Positions 48,965-58,091 of a stretch of 64,000 bases of DNA are shown here, piece by piece. The stretch covers positions 4,256,001 to 4,320,000 of the forward strand of contig OZ244561.1 in NCBI GenBank assembly GCA_965217585.1, written 5' to 3'. The DNA comes from Candidatus Latescibacterota bacterium (lineage in GTDB: Bacteria; Latescibacterota; UBA2968; UBA8231). The notes under the pieces are model-generated. The model had not been told where the DNA came from. It searched no databases and saw only the letters and a program-made list of their open reading frames with translations. Made by a program: the position numbers and the translations under genes. Within the stretch, counting starts at the first letter, position 1. Every line of letters starts with the position of its first letter.

Positions 48965-49210
48965 TCATTGACCCATTGATTCAGCCTGCCCAAATATCAT
49001 AAGCGAATGTGATTACGATAATGAATGAATAGACGTCTTTGCTACTGCACGCTTTAACGCTTTTTCTGGGTGGGGTTGGGGCGATTGCCGATAACGGTCC
49101 CGCCGTGCGCGAACTGCCGGAGGCAGTTGGGCGAAGGCCCTCGTGGCCTGAGCAAGAAAGATAAGTCTGGATCCAAGCTACAACCTTCTGTTCTGTGACT
49201 CCGGGCTGGC

Positions 49211-49293
49211 GGCTAACGATTTGCCGTGCCCGAACCGTGTAGCGGTTGGGCGAAGGCGCCCAAGCGCCAAAGCCGGGCACGGACGTGTTACCG
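49211..49293 (-). repeat. attC-like site
   Basis: GGCTAAC...CCGTGCCCG...CGGGCACGG...GTTACCG. Confidence 0.75.
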
Positions 49294-49303
49294 GAAATGA
49301 ACA

Positions 49304-49813
49304 CTAACACGAGCGCTCGAGAAGTTTACGCATACGAGGCCGATGGATCTCTACGAACCAGGGGTCCAGAAAAGGCAAATACTCGAGCTGCCGGGAATCC
49401 GGAAGGAAAAAGAAGTCGCACTTATGACGTCGTCGGCAATTGGACGCCCCGCATTGACACTCCCAAACATCACCGTCAACCGCGTTCAACGAGTAGTCAA
49501 AGAAGAGTTCCTCGTTCGGACAAATATCGCGCATTGCCAATACGAACCGCTGCCTAAAAACAGAATACACGAAAACATTTGGATCGCAGGAGTGGTTAAA
49601 GAAGCCTGCGGGCTTTTGCATTAGCACCGTCGTGCCATCCGGTAGCCAGTCTCGGTGGATCGGATCTTCGCCCAATTCTGGCCTGAGCGGGTGTTCCTCG
49701 TCAACGACGCGGGTATCGTCGATTCGGTGAATGACCTCGCACCGGCGTATATAGGCCGTGGAAAACACGCCATAGCCGTGTAACGTTGATTTTTTCACAA
49801 CAACCTTGCTCAT
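49304..49813 (-). CDS. SET domain protein with post-SET cysteine motif, cassette
   Basis: HGYGVF, NHSCDPN, EELFFDY, CQCGASNCR. Confidence 0.9.
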   Translation of the reverse strand: MSKVVVKKSTLHGYGVFSTAYIRRCEVIHRIDDTRVVDEEHPLRPELGEDPIHRDWLPDGTTVLMQKPAGFFNHSCDPNVFVYSVFRQRFVLAMRDICPNEELFFDYSLNAVDGDVWECQCGASNCRRRHKCDFFFLPDSRQLEYLPFLDPWFVEIHRPRMRKLLERSC

Positions 49814-49842
49814 TTCTTGACAGCAGTTGGTTAGTTCGTTTC

Positions 49843-49931
49843 AGGTAACGTATTGCCGGTTTGCGAACCGCGGAGCGGTTACCGGAGGCCAAGGCGCCAT
49901 CGGCGCCGCAACGCAAAACGCGCTGTTATCG
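49843..49931 (-). repeat. attC-like site
   Basis: AGGTAAC...GCCGGTTTGCG...CGCAAAACGCGCT-GTTATCG; a second possible end (CGCAAACCGAGT-GTTGCCT) at 49989-50007. Confidence 0.7.
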
Positions 49932-50014
49932 GCAGTCGCCTTCGCAGCCCGTCCTCGAGAGGAGGCGTGGGGTGCGCAAACGAGAACTCGCAAACCGAGT
50001 GTTGCCTCGGTTGC

Positions 50015-50554
50015 TTACTCCTTCAATAGGCCAGCAGCAATGAGAGCGCGATGGTGCAGGGGTAGAAAAACGTCCAGCGCCAACTCCCCAAGGACTCCTT
50101 CAGGTTGAACCAGTTTGCGCGCCAGCGTCTCGTGTTCGGGCACCCACTCATTGAGCTCGACTCTCGCTAGCCAGATCGAGCGCACGAGCACTAGACCCTT
50201 TTCGTGCCCCCTGATGCACTCTCCGCGGGAGAATCCCAGAAGCTTTGCCTCTCTGACCTCAACGCATGCTTCCTCTCTCATCTCCCGCCGCAGGGTTTCC
50301 TCCCACGACTCGCTTCCTTCCGGTCTGCCTGCCGGGAATCCCCACGTTTCCCCATCTTGCGTAGCCAACACGACCTCGCCGTTGTCTGTCAAGCAAATAC
50401 CACCAGAGCCGTGGCGTTGCCCTTCCGGCACATCGTGAGAAGGAAACCAAGTGACGAGAACATCCTGTCCTCCCGTTTCTACCAGAAATGCTTCGTATTC
50501 CCTTGCTGGCCCTGATGCCTCAGACATCCATTGCCCTCTTTGGAATGTGATCAT
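50015..50554 (-). CDS. NUDIX hydrolase, probable cassette
   Basis: Nudix box GRPEGSESWEETLRREMREEA; start could be 50527. Confidence 0.85.
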   Translation of the reverse strand: MITFQRGQWMSEASGPAREYEAFLVETGGQDVLVTWFPSHDVPEGQRHGSGGICLTDNGEVVLATQDGETWGFPAGRPEGSESWEETLRREMREEACVEVREAKLLGFSRGECIRGHEKGLVLVRSIWLARVELNEWVPEHETLARKLVQPEGVLGELALDVFLPLHHRALIAAGLLKE

Positions 50555-50671
50555 GAGATGTGCTCCAATTTGCGTCCATTTCGTCCACCACCTGCACCGC
50601 TATAACCCAGTCGTTTTTGTCGGGAATGGGAAAGTCGGCGAGGGGAGCGTGACCGGTCTGATATTCCCCGT

Positions 50672-52822
50672 TCAGTATGCTACAGCGACGGGCTGCAGGC
50701 GGATCTCACTGCCCTTATCCGTCTCTACTTCCACCCGCGCCAGATAGATGCCAGGGCCGACCAGCTGTCCGGCTCCATCCCGACCGTCCCAGCGGGCCGT
50801 ATGGCGCCCCGCGGCCTGAGCCTCTGGCTGCGCCTGCCATACCCGCCGTCCGTCCAGGGCATAGATGCCGACCTTTACCTCGGACGCCTGCTGCACCCGG
50901 AACAAGGTATACTGGATGGATAACTGGTCGTTGACGCCGTCCCCCTGAGGGGTAAAAGCGCGGCTCCCCACCTCGAGATCCCCCAGAACTCCCCTTGCCG
51001 CGGAGGCCGACGCCACCACCACCAGCTGGTTGGAACCAAGCTCCTCGCTGACATCACCGCCTTCGACCCGCTGCAACAAGCTCTGTTCCCCGCGGTTGAA
51101 GACCTCCCCTCCGAACTCGCCGGCCTCGTCGTAGAGCACCGTTTCCAGCCCAATGCGCAGCCGCTGATCGCCCTCCGGACTCAAGCGGCGGGGCAAAAAT
51201 ACAACAAAACCGCTTTCCTCGTTCACGATGCTGTCCGGTTCCACGGCGCCCAGGGGCTCACCTATCTCCAGCCAGCCGAACTCCGCTTCCGCCGGCGTCA
51301 TGACCCGCACGACGTCGAAGCCGGTGCGATCCGCGCTGGAAAATTCAACGCCAATATCGTATACGAACGACTTTTTCTCGCCCGCCGGCACGCGAACTCG
51401 CCCGCCCTGCGGCTGGTGATTTTCCTCCAGGACCACCTCGCCCACGACCCGATCCGCCAACAGCGGCGCGATCTCGATCTGCAGCGAATCCAGCCGGGCA
51501 AAGTCAAAGAACGCATCCGTCTCTAGCTGCACCCGCAGCTGAAAGTAGCGCCCCCACGGCAGGCGCGGGTGCTGCCCCGACTCCTCGAGTGGCACCGACC
51601 AGAAACTCCAGTTTTTCAGATCCTCGACCACCGGCCCTCGGAATCCCACCGCCGGCACCGTGGCGCCGCGCGCCTCCAGTCTAGATATGGAACTGATCAA
51701 GGTCGCCCTCGGCACGGAGGAAGTCAGCCGTTCCCACTGTTTCTTGGTCACCTCCACGTGGGCTCCCAGATCGTCAAAGCCGAAGTAGGCCGTCGGAGTG
51801 TCGTCGCGACCCGTCCTGATCTCCACCTGGACGCGAACCGGCCCGTCCTCGAGGGCGACCAACTGCTCCCCGTCCTTGCGCCACTTGCTCACCTCGAAGA
51901 CCACTCGCCCGAAGTTGACCTCCCGCCCCAGGTCCACTATCTGCGACTCCCAGGTCGCCGTAGGCGCAAAACCCCGGCCGTAGACCTCCATCTCCGCATA
52001 AGCCGACTGGACGACGATCGGCTGACCGTCCAAAGTGACTCCGTCGGGGACTTCCAGCAGGCGCAAATAGCGCAAATTCTGCAGCGGGAAGCGGACCTCG
52101 GTGACGCTGTCGCGGTTGGCTTGGCGGTAGGCTAGCTGATTTTCCAGCGGGCAGCAGAAGCCCGCCCCGCGCCATCTGAAGCCCCGCTCCATCTCCTCTT
52201 CCATTATACCTCCCTCGTCCTGGCGGGCTGTCAGGCTGAATAATTTGAGGACATAGTTGGGACGAAAGGGCTGGTCGCTGTCGGGGCTCACCCCCTCGGG
52301 AGGGTAGAACACAAAGCGCTCCACCGGCACCTGCGCGCCCATATCTATCGTGTAATAGAAAGACGACCCCAATGGTGGGCGGCTGCGCCGGTCGGCGACC
52401 TCGTCCCTGCGCTCGACGTAGGTGGCGGGATCGCCGTCGACGAAGACGAGGAGGTCGGCCTGGTACAAAATGCCATAATTCCCCAGGTTCTCGTCGCGGC
52501 TCTTCAATAGAAAGTTGCCGTGTCCCAGCCACAAACGCGGATGACCCGGGTGGTAAACCGGGTCGAAGGTGAACCTGAAGGGCTGCCAGGGTCCCAACCG
52601 AGGCAAGAGGTTCTCGTCCGGCTTGAGTTCGAAAGGCTGGAGCGCCCCGGCGGCGGTCGAGTCGTCCGTCATCAGGCTGAAATCCGCTACTTCCGTCCAG
52701 GAAACGCCGCCCTCTCCTCCGAGCCGCCACCAATTTTCTTGGGCCGCCCCATGGCTGCAAAACCCTGCAATCCCACACAGCACGGCAAAGGCCAAAATCG
52801 CCACTTTCGCGTTTATGCGCAC
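50672..52822 (-). CDS. Large secreted protein with C-terminal FlgD-like Ig domain
   Basis: Signal peptide, FTPQGDGVND, WDGRDGAGQLVGPGIY; start uncertain (GTG 52822 or TTG 52843). Confidence 0.8.
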   Translation of the reverse strand: MRINAKVAILAFAVLCGIAGFCSHGAAQENWWRLGGEGGVSWTEVADFSLMTDDSTAAGALQPFELKPDENLLPRLGPWQPFRFTFDPVYHPGHPRLWLGHGNFLLKSRDENLGNYGILYQADLLVFVDGDPATYVERRDEVADRRSRPPLGSSFYYTIDMGAQVPVERFVFYPPEGVSPDSDQPFRPNYVLKLFSLTARQDEGGIMEEEMERGFRWRGAGFCCPLENQLAYRQANRDSVTEVRFPLQNLRYLRLLEVPDGVTLDGQPIVVQSAYAEMEVYGRGFAPTATWESQIVDLGREVNFGRVVFEVSKWRKDGEQLVALEDGPVRVQVEIRTGRDDTPTAYFGFDDLGAHVEVTKKQWERLTSSVPRATLISSISRLEARGATVPAVGFRGPVVEDLKNWSFWSVPLEESGQHPRLPWGRYFQLRVQLETDAFFDFARLDSLQIEIAPLLADRVVGEVVLEENHQPQGGRVRVPAGEKKSFVYDIGVEFSSADRTGFDVVRVMTPAEAEFGWLEIGEPLGAVEPDSIVNEESGFVVFLPRRLSPEGDQRLRIGLETVLYDEAGEFGGEVFNRGEQSLLQRVEGGDVSEELGSNQLVVVASASAARGVLGDLEVGSRAFTPQGDGVNDQLSIQYTLFRVQQASEVKVGIYALDGRRVWQAQPEAQAAGRHTARWDGRDGAGQLVGPGIYLARVEVETDKGSEIRLQPVAVAY

Positions 52823-52829
52823 CCGAACA

Positions 52830-53825
52830 TCAGGAATCCACAAGGCTTTTTAATCCACTTTCCAAGTCATCCAGCCATTGCGGCGTTTTGGGGTGAAAGG
52901 CTCCCAACACTTCCCAGAACCAGCACAAACCGGCACCCATGGTGGCTTGTCTGACTTTAAGGTACGTCTCATCTGGTTCTATCCGCACTCCACCTGCCTC
53001 CGCATACCCCGCCCAAAACTCCTGCGGATAGTGATCGCGACCATAAATTTCTTGAGGTTCTCGGGTAAACTCTGCTGCGACATGCAGTTGTTCATGTAGA
53101 AGGTCGCCAGTCGCTCCATTCTCAAAATCGTGAATGCCGACTATATGGCCATCATCATCAACCAAAAGATTGTGTATAGTTGCATCTCCCCATAGAAGCC
53201 CTTGAGGACTCGGATTCGGCACGACATCAATCTTGTCCAGAAGATCTTCGATAATGGGCAACTTGGCTTGACAATCTTCTGGCAGGTCGGCTACCAAGTC
53301 CTGATTGTAAAGGAGCTTTCTCCGTATGTCTTCTCGCCATTGGGTCATATCCTGCACGGGCAGAAGACCGTCGGATACTCTCTGTTCATTGATGGCAGCG
53401 ACCACTGAGCCAAATTCTTTGAGCAGGCGACACCGCCGATCATCGCTAGTACTGGGCATCTCGAAAAAGTCTCGTCCTTGAGTACCGGGGAGCAGACTAG
53501 AAATCAGATAAGGATATCCGAACGCATCGGTGTCCTCGCATAATACACTGATCTCCGGGACGGGCAGAGTGGTTGTATCGCGTAACAATGCGGTAATATT
53601 GAAATCGACCGCTAGCGAGAAGGCTTTTCGATACTTGATCTTGATCACATAGCTGCCGTCGCAACACACTGCCTTGTAGACACAGTTGGTTGGATTTGCT
53701 TCAAGTTCAGTCCATTCGATAACCGAGCCTAGCCCCTGTCTAGCAAAAGCCACTGCTCCCTGCTCAGCAGTAAAGGTCGGCTTTGCCTTGGAGGCTTCTA
53801 TAAATGCTTGCTTGCTGATCGCCAA
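52830..53825 (-). CDS. Aminoglycoside phosphotransferase/choline kinase-like protein, cassette
   Basis: YVIK, LPVPE, WGDATIHNLL (Brenner-like), HDFE. Confidence 0.75.
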   Translation of the reverse strand: MAISKQAFIEASKAKPTFTAEQGAVAFARQGLGSVIEWTELEANPTNCVYKAVCCDGSYVIKIKYRKAFSLAVDFNITALLRDTTTLPVPEISVLCEDTDAFGYPYLISSLLPGTQGRDFFEMPSTSDDRRCRLLKEFGSVVAAINEQRVSDGLLPVQDMTQWREDIRRKLLYNQDLVADLPEDCQAKLPIIEDLLDKIDVVPNPSPQGLLWGDATIHNLLVDDDGHIVGIHDFENGATGDLLHEQLHVAAEFTREPQEIYGRDHYPQEFWAGYAEAGGVRIEPDETYLKVRQATMGAGLCWFWEVLGAFHPKTPQWLDDLESGLKSLVDS

Positions 53826-53892
53826 ATCTACGCTCTGATATACTGTAACTTTCTTGATGTGCTAACTGATGTGCGCAAGGATCTCATTTTTC

Positions 53893-53980
53893 GCGTAACG
53901 TTCCCGGCACCCACGAACCTGCCGAAGGCGGGTTGGGCGGAGGGCCGTATGGCCCGAAGCCGTGGGTGCTCGTGTTACAC
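53893..53980 (-). repeat. attC-like site
   Basis: GCGTAAC...GCACCCACG...CGTGGGTGC...GTTACAC; the TAA stop of the upstream gene lies inside the inverse core. Confidence 0.85.
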
Positions 53981-54718
53981 GCTGACCGTGGTCCGACTCG
54001 GGCTTCCTTGATCTTTAGATGTCAGAGATTCCTCAAACCTACTCAGGCCTTCTTTGAACGTAGGACCGTAGGCCTCTTTCTTCTGTTCCAGACAGTCCGC
54101 GGCTTCCCGATACCTGGTATAGTCATCCTCGTTCAGAGCTCTGAACCCCTGGATTATCCTGTCCTCCAGGTTTGGCATTTGGTATTCTCCTTCGTTTTTC
54201 GGACAGAAGGGAATCCACGACCACTGAAACTGCCAATACATCAGAAAGACAGATTCATTGAATCTGTCCGTCAGACCAACGAAGTCGAACTCGCGGACAC
54301 CGCGTCCACCTCTCTTGAGCCACTTTGTGAAGCGATTATGATTATATCCGGGAGGATTCGGCCACTGGAACTCCTGATCGTGAGTCAACCATTCCGCGAG
54401 GCCTTTGTCATCGAAATGAGGTTCAGAACTATCGGCGGACCTTTTTCGAGTGTGGTGATACATCGAAATCGCCGACTCAAGTGGGTCCCTCAGAAAGGTC
54501 AGCCAAATGCAGTTCTCGTAAGATGTAATAAGACCAGTGAAGCGGTCAAGAACGCTGTGACCGTGAAGGCAGACTGGATTCTCTACGATAGGATCTTCCG
54601 GATGGTCATCATAAGTTCTCTGAAGCCGGGACCCAAACCGTGCCTCTAGAATTGAGGCCAGAGTGCTCCCACCCGTCTTTGGAATGTGTATGCTCACATA
54701 GAGCGGTTCTTTCGGCAC
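53975..54718 (-). CDS. Sulfotransferase-family protein, cassette
   Basis: HIPKTGGST (5'-PSB loop), FLRDP (3'-PB), FDFVGLTDRFNES. Confidence 0.8.
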   Translation of the reverse strand: MPKEPLYVSIHIPKTGGSTLASILEARFGSRLQRTYDDHPEDPIVENPVCLHGHSVLDRFTGLITSYENCIWLTFLRDPLESAISMYHHTRKRSADSSEPHFDDKGLAEWLTHDQEFQWPNPPGYNHNRFTKWLKRGGRGVREFDFVGLTDRFNESVFLMYWQFQWSWIPFCPKNEGEYQMPNLEDRIIQGFRALNEDDYTRYREAADCLEQKKEAYGPTFKEGLSRFEESLTSKDQGSPSRTTVSV

Positions 54719-54787
54719 GGAGAGTCCCCTATGGGTTGGTGCTCAATAAACCGGTGGCCGGGACCCGTAGTTCAGACCACGGTTTGC

Positions 54788-54881
54788 GTGTAACGGCCTC
54801 ACCATTTACGACCCCGCGCATGCGGGGTGGGCGGTAGCCCCAAGCGCCATATGGCGCGCAGCGTAAATGGATGTGTTAGAT
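54788..54881 (-). repeat. attC-like site
   Basis: GTGTAAC...CCATTTACG...CGTAAATGG...GTTAGAT. Confidence 0.85.
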
Positions 54882-55064
54882 GAAGTGAGCTCTTCATATA
54901 TGATATTACAAATGGGGCCGGTCAGCTCGATACGTTACCTGATGCCGGATTGCGCTGTCGGTCAACGCGCCGAGGGGAGGCATATCCAAAAAGAAGAAAA
55001 CGACCATTCGAGGCGCGATACTATGGGGTAACAGGCAGTGACAGTGTGCCCCAATTGCTTCCCG

Positions 55065-55174
55065 TCACTCGTCGATCCGATGTCGAAGTTCCTTGACGCG
55101 CGTGTCTTGCCGACCGCCGAAATAGAGTTCACTCTCTCATACGGGCCGTCAACCAGGTTGTAGAGCCCGTGCTC
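55065..55174 (-). pseudogene. Possible sulfatase C-terminal relic
   Basis: EHGLYNLVDGPYERVN, then frameshifted RVKELRHRIDE*; resembles the LYDLxxDPxExxN sulfatase tail. Confidence 0.4.
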
Positions 55175-55211
55175 GCTGGCTCGGCGTCCATCCAGAACCC
55201 CGTCGAAATTC

Positions 55212-56657
55212 TCACTCGCAGAACTGAAATGCGTAGAGCTTCGCGTCGCGCATGATGAAGCGTATCCTGACCGGTTGGCCGGCGAGTTGGCGAAGGTCGC
55301 CAGCGGGCCACGAAACGGGCAGCCTGACGGAATTGCCGACGTGCCATATTGAATCTGCGCCACTATACCCCTCAAGCGGACTTCCGTCTTCGGCGAGTAG
55401 TTCAACGCGCACGCTGCCTCCGGCGGCTGTGTCGACATTGAGTTTGAGGCGCGATCCGTCGAATATCAGCGCCGGTGTGGTGAACTTGCCCCCTTCGTAA
55501 GGGGCGTCGAGCGAAACAAAGCCGTCCAGGCGCATGACCGCCCGCCCGATGCCGCCGATGTGCTCGCCGTTGGCTGCATCGGTGCGACCCGCCCGGTCGT
55601 AGTTGATGCCGGCATAGTAAAACCAGATTTCGTCGCCCATCACAATCGGGTTGGGCAGGGCCCAAATCTGGCGCGAATCGAAACGACCATCGGGACCCGG
55701 GCGCATAAAGGCCTGGCGCTGGCCGCAGCGCACAAAGGTTTTGGTGTCGCGACTGAAGGCCAAACGCACGTCGCGCGTACCCGGCGCTCTCGCGGCGCCC
55801 TTGCCCGTCGGAATCCAGTGCCAGAACGCCTGCGCCAGCATGATGGTGATATCCGGGGCTTCTGAGTAGCGGAAGACGGTGGCGCCATAGAAGTCCACTG
55901 GCGGATCGTCGGATTCTGTTGGGTACAAGCCGCGATCCAGTTCGTCGGGCCACATGGCCAGGCCGGTATTTTCAATGTCCTTCAGGTCGGTCATTTCGGC
56001 GCGTCGCACGCTGCGAAAGCGGGCGTCGATCTCGGCCGTCGGCGTTTCGTCACTGCGCAGTTTGTGGCGGCCAAAAAACAGATAGCGCTGCAATGGCTCA
56101 TCCCAATAGACTATCGTCTGCGTATCCTTGGCGCCCTTCGGATCGATCTCGGCCCAGAGGGACCAGTGTATCCCGTCCGGCGAACTGAACATGTGAAACT
56201 TGCCGGACGGGTAGACCTTGGCCTGCGTCTTGTAGCGCTGCTCTTCCGGCGCCTGCGGATCAATCCATACCGAGGCGCCGCCGATGACGCCCGGCAAAAC
56301 GACGTTATTGTCCTGCGAGCCCCGCTTCTCGTGCAGACCCAGATGCGGCTTGACGAAGTGAATGCCGTCCTGCGATTCGGCATAACACACGCAGCGCTCG
56401 TGGTCGAAGGGGCCATCGCCCGTGGAGGTCAACAGATCATACCAGAGGCGCACGCGGCCATCGGCCTCCTTGAGGATACTGGACAACAAGTAGACCTCTC
56501 CGCCCACCTCCCATTCCCTGTCCGCCGTTAGCAATAATTCGCCGGTCGGGTACGGAGCATTCATGGTCAAGGCCACATTGTGCTTGCGCTCGACGAGCAT
56601 TTCATCGACAAACAGTTGTTTGCGCGATCCGATGCGAATAGTGGATGTAGTTTTCAT
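55212..56657 (-). CDS. Glycoside-hydrolase-like beta-propeller protein
   Basis: KQLFVD, YAESQDGIHFVKP, SSPDGIHW, RLDGFVSL, KLYAFQF. Confidence 0.65.
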   Translation of the reverse strand: MKTTSTIRIGSRKQLFVDEMLVERKHNVALTMNAPYPTGELLLTADREWEVGGEVYLLSSILKEADGRVRLWYDLLTSTGDGPFDHERCVCYAESQDGIHFVKPHLGLHEKRGSQDNNVVLPGVIGGASVWIDPQAPEEQRYKTQAKVYPSGKFHMFSSPDGIHWSLWAEIDPKGAKDTQTIVYWDEPLQRYLFFGRHKLRSDETPTAEIDARFRSVRRAEMTDLKDIENTGLAMWPDELDRGLYPTESDDPPVDFYGATVFRYSEAPDITIMLAQAFWHWIPTGKGAARAPGTRDVRLAFSRDTKTFVRCGQRQAFMRPGPDGRFDSRQIWALPNPIVMGDEIWFYYAGINYDRAGRTDAANGEHIGGIGRAVMRLDGFVSLDAPYEGGKFTTPALIFDGSRLKLNVDTAAGGSVRVELLAEDGSPLEGYSGADSIWHVGNSVRLPVSWPAGDLRQLAGQPVRIRFIMRDAKLYAFQFCE

Positions 56658-56672
56658 CTCCTGAACTCCGTC

Positions 56673-58091
56673 CTAGGCCCTGAGCCACGCCTCCGTCATT
56701 TCCCGTTCCACATCGCTCCACCCGGGCAGAATCCCGGCCATGGCTTCTTCGTACGCCGTAGGCCCGATCTCCTCCCGCCACGCGGAGAAGGACGCTTTGT
56801 CATAGGCCTTCGCCCTGGCATCGATCGCTTCGTAGTCGACGATTTCCCGCAGTTTGCGATCCATCTCCCCAGCGAGCTCGGGCCGCTTTGTCGCAAGATC
56901 CTCGACCTCCTCCGGATCTTCTGCGAGATTGAACAACTGCAGGGCGTATCCGGCGTAGGCGACGTACTTCAAATCGCCCTGTCGCAACATAAATTCGCCG
57001 GTGTTGGCGAATCGGCTGTGGTACTGGCACAGCACTCGGTCCGGTCGATCCGCCCGTTTGCCGACTAGTTCGGGCATCAGCGACACGCCGTCCAGGTCAT
57101 CCGGCGTATCGAGTTCGGCCATGTCCATAAACGTCGGATAAAGGTCTACCAAGGACACCAGCGCATCGACCTCGTGCCCCGCGCGTACATCCGGGCCGGC
57201 GACGATCAGCGGCACGCGAGCGGACGCCTCGTACATCGCGTTTTTCAGATGTTGGCGATGTTCCATATTCATCTCGCCGTGATCGCTGGCGAACAGTACA
57301 TAGGTGCTGTCCATTAGCCCGAGCCGATCGACCGTGGCCATCACCTCACCTACCATCTCGTCGACTTCCGTCACCATCGCGAAATACGTGCGCCGCACCG
57401 TGCGAATTTCGTCTTCGGTGAACGGATCGGCGCAGCCCTTGGTCGCGCACATGTAGTCCACCACGGGATGCAGATGGGCCTCATACGGTGGAATGGTCAC
57501 TGCGTCGGGGTCAATTCTGTCGAGATAGTATTGCGAGGAGACGAAAGCGGGGTGCGGACAATCCAAACTGCAGTGCAGGATGAAGGGTCGGTCGTCCGCC
57601 TGGCGCGTCTCCAGGTAGGCGATGGTGTCCTCGACCTTAGCCCAGTCGCGCTGGTGTACGCGACGCTCATCCGTTGCGATGTGCTTCAGGCCCGGAAGCG
57701 GTCCGGTGCTGCGCGATAGCCGGATGTTGGCCGCGCGGGTCCAGGACGATATTCGATTGTGCAGTGAATGGCGGCCTGACAGGTAATCCGTCTTGCCGTA
57801 GGCCTGGTGGATATAGCCCGCGTCCTCCAGGTCGGAGACATAGGTTCGCTCGTCCGGCTCGAGCCCCTTATAATTGTTCCATCCTTCGATGACGTGGGTG
57901 TGCTTGCCGCTCCAGCGACTGGAGCGCGACGGGCAACACTGGGGAGAGCTGCAATAGGTGTTGCGGAACAGAGCGCCGCGCTCCGCCAGATGGTCCAGGT
58001 GCGGCGTCTTCACCGCCGGATGGCCGACGCACCCCATCGCGCGCCCGTCCATGCTGTCGCACTCGATGAACAGGATGTTCCGCTTGCTCAT
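56673..58091 (-). CDS. Sulfatase (FGly-dependent, choline-sulfatase-like)
   Basis: CCPSR (CxPxR), SDHGEM, YEASARVPL, LFNLAEDPEE. Confidence 0.92.
   Translation of the reverse strand: MSKRNILFIECDSMDGRAMGCVGHPAVKTPHLDHLAERGALFRNTYCSSPQCCPSRSSRWSGKHTHVIEGWNNYKGLEPDERTYVSDLEDAGYIHQAYGKTDYLSGRHSLHNRISSWTRAANIRLSRSTGPLPGLKHIATDERRVHQRDWAKVEDTIAYLETRQADDRPFILHCSLDCPHPAFVSSQYYLDRIDPDAVTIPPYEAHLHPVVDYMCATKGCADPFTEDEIRTVRRTYFAMVTEVDEMVGEVMATVDRLGLMDSTYVLFASDHGEMNMEHRQHLKNAMYEASARVPLIVAGPDVRAGHEVDALVSLVDLYPTFMDMAELDTPDDLDGVSLMPELVGKRADRPDRVLCQYHSRFANTGEFMLRQGDLKYVAYAGYALQLFNLAEDPEEVEDLATKRPELAGEMDRKLREIVDYEAIDARAKAYDKASFSAWREEIGPTAYEEAMAGILPGWSDVEREMTEAWLRA

Larger units (their letters stand above)
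46281..54942 (-). mobile_element. Integron-type gene cassette array lacking an integrase in the window (CALIN), partly eroded
   Basis: Co-oriented lower-GC ORFs separated by imperfect palindromes bounded by xxxTAAC...GTTAxxx cores; each intact cassette's first bases complement its own inverse core. Confidence 0.8.

Noticed and set aside
47285-54881. Intergenic repeats as CRISPR array or IS ends
   Set aside because: No regular repeat-spacer period, no cas or transposase genes; geometry fits attC sites
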